The notes under the pieces were generated by a model. It was not told the DNA's origin and searched no databases. It saw only the letters and a list, made by a program, of their open reading frames with translations. A stretch of 63,981 nucleotides of DNA, the filler included, from Phoronis australis (Eukaryota; Animalia; Phoronida), in NCBI GenBank assembly GCA_002633005.1. It is 9 parts of 9 records of this genome, joined end to end, with 100 filler letters (N's around TTAATTAATTAA, not from the genome) between each part and the next. Parts side by side here need not be neighbours in the genome. Positions count along the whole stretch, not along the records: positions 1 to 5,298 come from NMRA01002370.1; positions 5,399 to 8,691 come from NMRA01000544.1; positions 8,792 to 16,652 come from NMRA01001968.1; 6 more parts are not named here. One strand, given 5' to 3'. Position numbers and translations under genes: made by a program. Shown here piece after piece: positions 1 through 10,001 of the stretch (position 1 is its first letter; each line of letters begins with the position of its first letter).

Positions 1-115
1 GGAAAAATACGAGCGTATTTATGTACATTACGCCGTTATTTACGCCGTTAATTACGCCGTAAAATTACGAGCGTAATTTAATTCTTTACGGCGTAAAATT
101 ACGCTCGTAGTTTAA
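1..115. repeat. Cluster of short direct and inverted repeats (TTACGCCGT x3, TACGAGCGTA and reverse complements); probably the subterminal end of a MITE cut by the window edge
   Basis: TTACGCCGT is repeated at about 28-60, and TACGAGCGTA/TACGCTCGTA and TTACGCCGTAAA/TTTACGGCGTAA occur in both orientations. Confidence 0.5.
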
Positions 116-567
116 ACTCTTAGCCAATGACGTTGGGTTATACACTCCACGGCCGTTGCTCTTGTTAAGTGAAGGTATTAAAACATACTGTATGGCTGAT
201 CTAGCTTTCGGAAAATGAAAGGTAAGAACGAGATATCACGCCTCGTCCAGATTATCAACTTTCTAATTTCAGAATTGTACAATTAGCATAGAAATGGATA
301 ATTTCGAAATAACGTTCTTTTAAAATAGTACTTGCGGTAAGTATTGCACAATCAGAGAGGGCGTTGTAATATATCGGGATCTGGCATGAACTGGTTTGTT
401 AGATTTAATCAGTCATATTTCATGGTTTTCAAGTTTAGGCTGTAAATAAATGTATGAAACATGTGCACGACTTTCAACAGAATGCACGCTTATTTGTTAG
501 ATTGATGTTGAGTATTTTGCGACGTGTTATTAAGTACTTAAAGGCAGTTCATGCATTCCGTCTATAG

Positions 568-719
568 GTACAGACAGTTGCCCGTCATGGTTTTCATACA
601 CGGAGGAGGTTACGTCTATGGTTCTAAGAACTCATATTTTGGCAACGGCTTGGTCCAGAGAGAAGTCATTTTGGTCGTGATAAACTATCGACTCGGGGCG
701 CTTGGCTTTTTGGCTACTG
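568..719 (+). CDS. Internal exon of a type-B carboxylesterase / cholinesterase-family protein
   Basis: Translation LPVMVFIHGGGYVYGS...VILVVINYRLGALGFLATG matches the family HGGG oxyanion and YRLG.xGF motifs. AG acceptor at 566-567 (alternative 576-577); G|GTATGT donor at 720 (phase 1). No other exons recognised in the window. Confidence 0.9.
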
Positions 720-743
720 GTATGTATGATCCGTGTTTTAGGC

Positions 744-1499
744 TTAAAGGAGAACGCCACCCGATTTAATTAGTCTTTTTTACCGTCTTAATCGGTCTAT
801 ATCCACATCGCCTCCCATACGGTCGACCTTACCTTGCCAACAGGTGTCGCGTTAACCTGTGAGGAAGGTGAGAAACGACGCTAGCGACGTCAGTGGTTCA
901 TAATGCAGAGTGAATGCTGCTATGTTGCGGTGCATCGTTCCCGCTTGTCCGAACTAAGCAGCTGCGAGGAAAGCGGGTATATCGTTTTTTTTTTTACTTC
1001 CTCGAGAGTCCGAAATGCTTAGGAAGTGGCTCATATGGTAGTGAAGAATGACATGTACGCTGTAAATAGCAAGTATGAGACCGTGAAACATCTCAGTGTC
1101 TGTGGCCTGCAGACGTCGACAGTGCCTGACGAATGCCGGCTTACCAAATAACTCCATACGTTCCGTTGTCTGAGCTTGTTCACGGCGCCTCTCTAGTATT
1201 TCTTCATCACTGTATTCCTGTTCGAATTGATAGCCTGTAAATCTTAACGATCCACCTGCGAAGTCGGGACTGATGAGCTCTAGCTCGTCGACCAGAGTCG
1301 GGATTGCGAGTTTCCATGTTGGCGTACATTACGGAGCGTTCTGTTTCAAAATGAATTATTCTCACCCAAACCAATACTTATATAAAACTGAAACAAAGTC
1401 TGTCTCATTAGATGCAATTTGTAATGTCTTTGGAGTGTTCGTGAAGGTAAATGATTTGAGAAGCCAAAAATGAATAAATCACTGCGTTACCGGCTTTAG
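744..1499. mobile_element. Possible decayed Kolobok-like non-autonomous DNA transposon
   Basis: Starts TTAA-AGGAGAACGCC and ends in an imperfect inverted GCGTTACCGGCT-TTAG. The minus strand encodes GYQFEQEYSDEEILERRRE, resembling the N-terminus of Kolobok accessory proteins. Confidence 0.35.
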
Positions 1500-1570
1500 G
1501 TGCAATAAAACTAATTGACGGGACACTTAGGCCGTGTGAGCTCATGCTAATTTAGTGTTTAATTTGCACC

Positions 1571-2173
1571 TACACCTACCGACACAACCCGGTATTGAAA
1601 GTTTTCGCAAGGGTGTTGGTCGACGAAGTCAAGAGTAAACCAAATTCAAGAAACCACCGGATCGAATTTATCAGTTTCAGAAGAAGTGGCGATGAGGCAA
1701 GTAAGAGGAAGACACGAGCGCAAAAAGGCATCCTCCACACAGCCAACGACTGGAAACTGTGTGTTGATCTTGCCGGTCACCAGTCATCCTTCCCACAGCA
1801 CATGGTCCAGACTACCCAGCGCCCTGACTTGATTCTTTATTCGGACAGTTCCCACCAGATCATCCTGATCGAGCTCACCATTCCGTGGGAAAGTAGGGTA
1901 GAACAGGCACATGAGCGGAAGAAGCTGAAATATACTGATCTGAGGAGTGACTGCCACGTTAACGGCTAGAGGTGTTGGAGTTTTTCTGTGGAGGTTGGTT
2001 GCCGTGGTTTTCCGGCCAGCTCGGTTACTGCTATGGCAAGGTCTCTGGGCGTCTCTGCGACAGGAAAGTAGGTTCTTCTATGCGATGTGGCCACCGAAGC
2101 TGAACAGGCATCTTGTTGGATATGGATGAAGCACCAACAGCAATACCATCAACAACCGTCAGGCAGAGCCTGA
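1571..2173 (+). pseudogene. C-terminal restriction-like endonuclease (PD-D/E-xK) portion of the HERO-like ORF
   Basis: One frame reads YTYRHNPVL...DWKLCVDL...RPDLILYS...IILIELTIPWE...ERKKLKY...VEVGCRGF...AEQASCWIWMK, with two premature TAG stops and a final TGA at 2171-2173. Confidence 0.88.
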
Positions 2174-2598
2174 TCAACTCTGTTGTCCCGCCTACTAGAG
2201 ATGGTCTTGGTTTAGGGACGAAACCATTAAGGACAGTAGGAGACCAACTGAAGATGACGGTTGAGCACAGTTCCATCAAGTGTTTATAGTAAGTTCTTGT
2301 TATCGGCAAAGCCGTGACTTCCATGAATAGGATGGATGACACTTGGAAAGACAAGGGACATCGGGAGAGACTGATGACAGCGTGGAAAGACAGCATCGGG
2401 TTCAGCTCGGATTAGCTGTCCGTCTGAAGTGTTCGCGAGGACACACCCATTCATATTGCTACGTCCAAATTCTCAGAAAGACAACCTCAGGACTCTCCGA
2501 GAGGGAGGATGCAAGAAGAGTCTAGCGACAGACCTCAAACGGCAACGACCGGACCGAATAGGACTACGATTACGAACACCGATTTAGCATCAAGAACC

Positions 2599-4733
2599 TG
2601 TGTGTGTGGAAAGATTCTGAAGAATTTAAGAGGGTTGAAGTTCCACCAAGGAAAGATGAAGTGCTAACGTCAGGTTGCAAGGCAACACTTGCGCGCCACG
2701 TCCAGTGAGACGGGGGAGGGATTGAGCCAGGTCTCAAACCACAGTGCAGAAGACCTCCCAGCTACGCAACAGATGGAAGCATTAGTAGTATTTCAGAATC
2801 CAGTTCCAGGCTGTTCAGCAGGTCCACCAGATACTGCAAAGAAGGATCGAATCAAGTGACCATCAGCAGCTGATAAGAAGGCGTGGTCAGCCTTAGATGA
2901 TGATCTGGATAGCATCTTACGTGTCACTATTCGAGGTCCAGCAGAGACAAAGATTGAGCGATGAGTTGAAAGATACTCCCCTTGGCGACTTTCCAGGTCT
3001 TGAGGCTGAAGATCTACCAGACGAAGGTTTTGATCTGGGGGACATTAAGAAGTCAGAAGTGGATAGCACTGTGAAGAAAGCCCGATCGGGGTCAGCCCCT
3101 GGTCCAAGTAGAATTTCCTACAAGGTCTATAAGATGTGTCCCAAGTTGAGAGAAAGGCTCTGGAAGCTATTTAACATTCTCTGGAGGAAGGGCGTAGTTC
3201 CAGCCCAGTGTGGGCGAGCTGAAGGAGTTTATGTTCCGAAAGAAGAAGGCTCGAAGCAGAATAGCCAGTTTCGACCAATTTCACTGCTCAGCGTGGAGGG
3301 AAAGATCTACTTAGCAATCCTATCCGGCAGAATGACAGACTTCATGATCAAGAACAAGTATATTGACACATCTTCACAGAAAGTCGGGGTACCAGGCTTT
3401 TCTGGATGCCTGGAACATAATTCTATCACAAGTGAACTCATACACCGAGCGAAGAAGGGCAAAAAGAATCTGTCTATGGTGTGGCTCGACATGGCAAATG
3501 CATACGGTTCGGTACCACATGTATTAGTTTATCGTGCAATGGACATCTACAACATTCCTGAAAAAGTCAAGAGTATAGTGAAGTCATACTATAGCTCCTG
3601 AGTGATGCGTTTCACGGTCGGCAACTTCACCACGAAGTGGCAACACCTTGAAAAAGGAATTATGACGGGCTGCACCATTTCAGTCATCCTGTTTATCATG
3701 GCAATGAATGTCCTGCTGAAGAGAGCCCAATCTGAGCGGAGAGGTCCCAAGCTAGATGAAGTCAGACAGCCGTCATGTAGAGCTTTTATTGACGACATTA
3801 CAATTGTGACAGAGTAACCAGTGGGAGCCAGAACAATTTTCCGTTGCCTAGAAGAGCGCACTAAATGGACCCGTATGTCATTCAAGGCAGAGAAGTCCAG
3901 ATCACTAATTATCAACAGAGGCGTGTTGCTCAAGAGACAGACGTTTTCGATAGCAGGTTGCAGAATTCCAACAATAAGTGAACAATCAGTCAAGTGCCTT
4001 GGCAAGTACTATGATAGCAGCCTACGAGACACATTCCGTGTCAAGGATGTGAAAGCCCAGCTCAAGGTTTGGCTTGAGAAGATCGACAAAGACGGCATAC
4101 GCGGAAGATTCAAGCTTTGGTGCTACCAGTTCATCTTGCTCTCGAAGCTTATGTGGCCACTGTTAATCTACGACGTCACGTTGTCTTCATCTGAGAAAAT
4201 GGACAGAGCAGCGAGCCGGTTCATTCGAAGGTGGCTTGGTCTACCTGCATCATTCAGCAACGTCGGGCTGTACTGCAAGTCATCGAAACTTGTTCTACCG
4301 GTCTCATCTGTGGTGGAGGAATATAAAGTTACCAAAGTGCGAGCCAGTGTCACTCTGCGGAATACATCTGACCAGGCTATAAGTGGTTGCATCACCCAGT
4401 CACGTACCGGCAGTAAGTGGTCCACCACGTCGGCAATCAGTGAAGCAGAAAGCCGGCTGAGGCACAACAAATTAATAGGAAGTGCTGGCCAGGGTAGGCA
4501 AGGACTGGGCTACAAGACCGGGAATCCAGCAAGGAAGAGATTTAAAAACCCAGACAGAGGCAAAGGGAAATAAAGTGGGCGGATTTGTGGAAGATGTCGC
4601 CTTTGAAAGCAAAGTTTGTCATCAGATCTGTTTATGATGTACTGCCCACTCCCAGCAACCTTGCTATCTGGGGTCTTACTACAACCCGAGCTGTATTCAG
4701 TGTGGACGCAGATGTTCCTTAGAACACATTCTG
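2599..4733 (+). pseudogene. N-terminal zinc finger, reverse transcriptase and zinc knuckle of the HERO-like ORF (stops, frameshifts, internal deletions)
   Basis: Motifs in order: CVCGKILKNLRGLKFHQGKMKC; RIK*P...W..LDDDL; FRPISLLSVEGKI; PGFSGCLEH; WLDMANAYGSVPH; GIMTGCTISVILF; AFIDD; KCLGK; SVYDVLPTPSNL; CIQCGRRCSLEHIL. In-frame stops at 3599 and 3815. Confidence 0.9.
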
Positions 4734-5298
4734 CTAATTCAGAACCTCGAAAGAGCAGACAGTTTGTTGCTGCTTGAGGTCTGCACTACAAGTCGGCTCA
4801 TCGTTTAATGCGCCATGCAACGATCTCAACGAATAACGAATTGGCAGCTCTTTGCAAACCCCCGAATTTACTTCTCACCTGAACGAGTTGGAACCGATTT
4901 TATACAGATTTGAGGTTTTTAAATTTAAACATCAACAGTTCGCCTCTAGCCACTTTAACACATTTGGTTTAAGTCCTCCCCAGGTCGCACTGTTTCTTAA
5001 CAGTCGTATGTACTGTCTGCATTTTTTTCTAATTGTAGCAACCAATTTCCATCTATAGGAATATTGTGAGTCCAGTTTCGTAGACTTAAAGAGCCTTTTT
5101 CTGATTTTAGTGCTTCGGCTGTAAGTTGTAAGGAAATTACTTTTTTAAAGTCTTAAAAGGCTTTTGAATTCCCGGTGGTGCACTAACAAAATGGCTGCCG
5201 GTATGATCAACTGAACCTTAGGAAAGGCCAATTTTTGTAATAGTCTCGGAAATAAGCGATTTCGGCGTGGAGTTTATTGAATTAAATTAAAACTTTCT

Positions 5299-5398
5299 NN
5301 NNNNNNNNNNNNNNNNNNNNNNNNNNNNNNNNNNNNNNNNNNTTAATTAATTAANNNNNNNNNNNNNNNNNNNNNNNNNNNNNNNNNNNNNNNNNNNN
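5299..5398. other. Artificial scaffold gap spacer N44-TTAATTAATTAA-N44 (also 8692-8791, 16653-16752, 20864-20963, 52493-52592, 57051-57150, 60377-60476, 62619-62718; plain N gap 40267-40343)
   Basis: The identical 100-nt layout occurs eight times, and the 12-mer gives stops in all six frames. Confidence 0.97.
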
Positions 5399-6165
5399 AG
5401 GCCCTACGTGCGTGCTGATTCCCGCTGCTATCTTTGGCCATAAAAAACGAGATGCATATTGGAAGAGGCCGTTTTATTACTTGACGGCATTTCCAAGTCA
5501 CGACTGTCAGCCGACTGAGACATTGCTTGCAAACAGCGAGACCGAACAGTGCCGCAGTGCGATAGGCCTATTGCAAGTGATATAAATAGGATAATATCTG
5601 GACATCTTGCATGAAAAATAAATGTTTTTCCACCACGAAGTTTGGTAAGGCGATTGTTTAAGAATGAATTGAAACATCGCTGTTTTGTGGCGTTTTATCA
5701 CATATTTATGTCGTGGCTCGAAATTTTATTTTTGATTGACGAGTAGCTCACGGCCGCTTAACACCGATTCTTGTCTTAGGCCTAATTCTTTGCCGAGCAT
5801 GTTTGGCGCAACGGCAAGTGAGCAATGCCGGTTGGTCGAGATAAAACAGCTAGCCGCAGAACCATACGCTGAAAATGTCATTGAGTCACAGAGTGTCGAC
5901 TATAAACATCCTAAACACAAAAAAACATCTGAATTAAGTTTTTCAAACTTTTATTACAACTCATTTTAAAACTGCTCTCAGACTATGAACTTGGCAGCTC
6001 AGTACGAGACTGCAACCAAAATTTGATGTCTGCTGTGACCTCTGCAACACGTGAAGCTTGCTCGCGCGCACTTTAACAAGGTCACATCTTAAAATAGTTG
6101 CAATCCAAGTAGAGGCTGCGTGGTCACTGGTCGTCTGCGCTCTAGAGGTCAAAGTAACAAGACCG

Positions 6166-6468
6166 CAGGACGCCACGGGGCTATTACTCAGTAATTCTGT
6201 AAATTTAACAGTGAATAACTAATCTGAGGGCAAGAGAATCTTTTGTTGGGATCATCCGCTGTTATGACATTTTTCTCGTCATGTGGCGACGTGACGATAA
6301 CGCTCTTTGAAAAGTACTNCAGGACGCCACGGGGCTATTACTCAGTAATTCTGTAAATTTAACAGTGAATAACTAATCTGAGGGCAAGAGAATCTTTGTT
6401 GGGATCATCCGCTGTTATGACATTATCGTCACGTCGCCACATGACGATAACGCTCTTTGAAAAGTACT
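6166..6468. repeat. Tandem duplication of about 150 bp separated by a single N (likely overlapping contig ends or two haplotypes)
   Basis: 6166-6318 and 6320-6468 are near-identical, with N at 6319. Confidence 0.85.
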
Positions 6469-6491
6469 ACGCGTTCCGAGTACGAGGTAAG

Positions 6492-6667
6492 ATTAACCGC
6501 CCAGGGCGGTTACCTGTCGTAATAAGCGCCCATGTTCGGTTAACCGCCCACCCTGGATTTCTTGAAATTTCACGTTTAAGCGCCCATGTCTGGTTAACCG
6601 CCCACCCCCGATTTTTTGGGTTTGCCAATTTAACCGCCCAGGGCGTTAACCCGAACGATTACGGTAT
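6492..6667. mobile_element. MITE end with TTAACCGCCCA / TAAGCGCCCA subterminal repeats and TACGGTA terminus (pogo/Tc1-mariner-like)
   Basis: About six copies of TAA(C/G)CGCCCA, ending ...GATTACGGTA. Confidence 0.55.
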
Positions 6668-7605
6668 ATACATGAACTCAGCAGTGATAAGATTTGTCAC
6701 CTGATAATAGGATTCGTGTTGAATATTTACAGTCCAGTGGCTTACATATTGATAAGGAGTAAACGTTAAAAATCTTTGTTGGTTAAGGATTTTGTCATTT
6801 TCTGCTGCGCTGCACGTCAAATTTCTTTAATCCTGTTGTAAATTAATCTTCTATCCTCTTGCTAGACTATCTTTCCAGTATGTATTACATGGTCTGACTG
6901 TAGTATGTTGGCTCCAACATAGTGGTAAAAAAACAAGGAAATAACTTTAGCACTGCATTATTTCCTTTTGCTCGTAACGTTCTTAATTGTCCCTTTGCTT
7001 TCATGTGTCAACAGGATCTTCCGTGGGTATGAATAGTCTCAAATTTTTATGCTTGCCTTGCAAACAATCTACCTTACATTTCCGTCATTGTTGATTCTGC
7101 ATTGTGCAGATGCTTTTTAAGCTTGGGCGTCTTGTGCTCAAATGCTTAGAATACTATTTTTGTCCTTTGTCAATTCATGGGGTTGTTGATTCCTCCAACA
7201 ACTATGTATATTCTCAATGTGTGAGATCTGCAAGCTTGCTCGCAATGCACAATTTCCTGTTCACCAGCGGTGTGTGCCAAGTTAACGTTTACTTCCAACA
7301 TGCACGTCTGCTGAATATTGCTTGTGTCTTACGAGCTTAAATTTTGCAGTTGCACTTCCTGAATTAATTACAAAATTACTCACGACATCAAGAATTCTTC
7401 TTCAGGAAGACATTGAATGGTTTTTCATGGATGAAATGTTTTCTTTTATACCGCTAAGCAAAGTATATTCCAGAATTTCCTATCGGAATACACTAACTGG
7501 AAGCTGAGATTATAACACGTGTGTCAAGTTGCACCGGCACAAATGACGGGGCTCAATAGGCCTTTTGCGAGTTTATAACAATAACGCGAGATTATGTGAG
7601 ACTTA

Positions 7606-8685
7606 ACTGTGACGTCACGGGAAGTGGGGCAAAAGCTTGTCGTTTGGTCATTTGCCCAATACGGTAGCAGAGTGTATTCTGTTGTCTTCGAGTTTTTAGC
7701 CGTTTAGTTCGAAAAATGTCCAAAAGCATTGCTGTTTATGGCAAATGAACTTCAGATTCGCACTACAATACGTTCTATCGCGTTCTGTACTAATTTCGTC
7801 CCGTGTATTTTAAACGGGCGGTAGGCGAAATCCGCTCACTGATAAAGTTTTCACCTCGTCAAAAATACATTCCACACCTAAAATTAGCACCTAAAAGGCT
7901 CTTACTTTCTTCAGTGATTCTTTCTGCTTCTAAACATATCTTCGATGAAGCATATACACGGGAATTCAGGTGACTTAGGCGAAGAACTCCAACTCCACTT
8001 TGTGGTTACTGTTAACTTTGTCCGCGCGCGCGATAACCACAATCAAGTATTTCAACTGAGTCAGGTGAGTATGAGGCAAAGGCTAGCGCGAGACTGAGCG
8101 AAGCGCGAGATCTGGCGCGTGACACTTACAAAATAGCATGAGAAAATATCAAGTGAAATTTGTAAGATTTGTGTCCCTTGGACTTTTTGTTCGTCAACAA
8201 GCGTGATTTCACGTAACTTTCTCAAAATGGCGGCTAGTGAGAGAAGCTCGAGAGAACCGCGAGGTTTTCATGAATATGCTCAAGTTATATGTACACTAAA
8301 TTGTGTCCAGAGTCAGGGTATGTGTTAATTATAACTTCATGTGCACATATGCATGTTTCATTTGATTTTATTTGCTGTATTTTGAAGTGAATATCTTTTT
8401 ATGGGGATACACTATCGCCCCTGTATGCCTGCGCCATTCAGGCCTAAAGCGGGTTAAGTTCCAATTTCAGTCCGTTCACATCTTCGCACAACATAACAAG
8501 TTCACATTTTCTTCGTCTATTCACAGTTATTCCACGACCCATCTACCATATCTTAAGTTGTTTTAACGTTTTAAGCGTAAAATTCACCATAAGAACTCCA
8601 GTAAGTTTTAGCGTGTGTAGCAAAGACTCGGGGCAAAACAAGAGCAATATGGCGGGTTTTGCCCCCTTTCCGGTGACGTCACAGT
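7606..8685. mobile_element. About 1.1-kb segment bounded by 29-bp inverted repeats; probable non-autonomous DNA transposon, right end lost in gap
   Basis: ACTGTGACGTCACGGGAAGTGGGGCAAAA (7606-7634) versus TTTTGCCCCCTTTCCGGTGACGTCACAGT (8657-8685). Confidence 0.6.
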
Positions 8686-9194
8686 GACTAGNNNNNNNNN
8701 NNNNNNNNNNNNNNNNNNNNNNNNNNNNNNNNNNNTTAATTAATTAANNNNNNNNNNNNNNNNNNNNNNNNNNNNNNNNNNNNNNNNNNNNCCTTTCAAA
8801 ACAGATTTAGGGACAAAATTTTTTTCATGCACCAACATATTCATGTGTGGTGGCATACTACCGTCATTTTGTACAGGTGTCTGTCGGTGGCTGCTGCACC
8901 TCCAAAATTCTGTGGAAGATTTTCATGACAAATGTGTTCCTATGTAGCTGACAACGAATTTCGTAGACTTTTGAATGGATTCGACTACCTCTGTGCACCC
9001 TAGTGGCAATTTTACTATTTTAAGTTCGTCTCCACAGCTGACATCGAGGCGAACAGGAGTTCTGACTACTGTGGTTCTCTCTATGGTTGTATCTCCTGCA
9101 GGATATTTATTTGTGATGTTTGCCAAGTGTTTTATGGATGTAGCTACAAATGACGATGACTCCGACGTATCCGACTACCACTGTGCCCACTAGT

Positions 9195-9438
9195 CATGCG
9201 CGCACCCAGGGGGGCTCGAAGGAGCCCCTTCCCAATTTGTCGAAGTGGGCAAACTTGAAGGTCTGCCTCAGAGAAACAAAAATTCCGAAAAAACTAGAAA
9301 ACGAGACGAAAGTTTGCTAGAAAATCAGGAACTTCGGCCAATACACAGTTCACAGCTGTGAACGTTCCCCGTGGATCTCAGTAAAAGGTTCACATTCTCA
9401 AAAATTCGAGCCGCCATTTGAGGCTGGGTGCGCGCATG
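9195..9438. mobile_element. MITE family B (TIR CATGCGCGCACCCAG)
   Basis: 15-bp TIRs CATGCGCGCACCCAG / CTGGGTGCGCGCATG; related copies at 56828, 59234 and 59786. Confidence 0.8.
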
Positions 9439-9871
9439 TTTGTAGCAGTTTTAGTTTATCATGTTTACCTCCGTATCTTCAGATTTCCTTGACAGGTTTT
9501 GTGAAATTGGACAAATAATCTTTTTTATTGAGGATTTGACAACATACTTTTTTTTTGATAGTCAATACATATTCCGGTACCACTAGTGTGCTTCCGATGA
9601 GCGGGACTTACAGCTGACGACTGATGCGTATTTACTTTTAAGCCGACAATAATGTGTCTAATCTTACATCCAGCTAGGCTCATCTCCAGAGTGTGGGGTA
9701 TTTTCATTGAAGAAGAAAATAATAATCTATTTTGCCAGCGAAACTCGACACGTTTCACTGCACGCTTTACTTTGTCAATAGATTTGTAGAACTCCCGCTG
9801 TCGTCCGGAGGCCTGTTTATCGGGAAATCTTGTCTAAGGTCCTATTGGGTGGACAGAGGAAAGCATGTGAA

Positions 9872-9952
9872 CATAGTCGGCGCAGCACTGAAAAAAGTGA
9901 GGGTGGTTATAGCCCCCCCGCCCCCCCAGCTCCCTATGGTGTGCCACCCATG
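9872..9952. mobile_element. Mini-MITE family C (CATGGGCGGC...CAGCACTGAAAAAAGT...GCCGCCCATG)
   Basis: Shares the CAGCACTGAAAAAAG core and termini with 57589-57741 and 59594-59661. Confidence 0.7.
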
Positions 9953-10001
9953 CGTTTGGCACCTGAAGTTGGGGGTGGGAGGGTAGTACGTCCCTCAATA
10001 A

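Larger units (their letters stand above)
1571..4733 (+). mobile_element. HERO-like (R2 superfamily, RLE-type) non-LTR retrotransposon, decayed, domains in permuted order
   Basis: RHN + RLE C-terminus at 1571-2173, UTR-like spacer, N-terminal zinc finger at 2599-2664, RT at about 3050-4020, then thumb/linker and zinc knuckle ending at 4733. Confidence 0.9.

Noticed and set aside
2217-2258. GAAAC ... CTGAAGA as a type II hammerhead
   Set aside because: Stem II and stem III/U-H pairing cannot be formed.
5343-5354. Recurrent TTAATTAATTAA palindrome as a biological motif
   Set aside because: It is always centred in exactly 44+44 Ns, so it is an assembly spacer.
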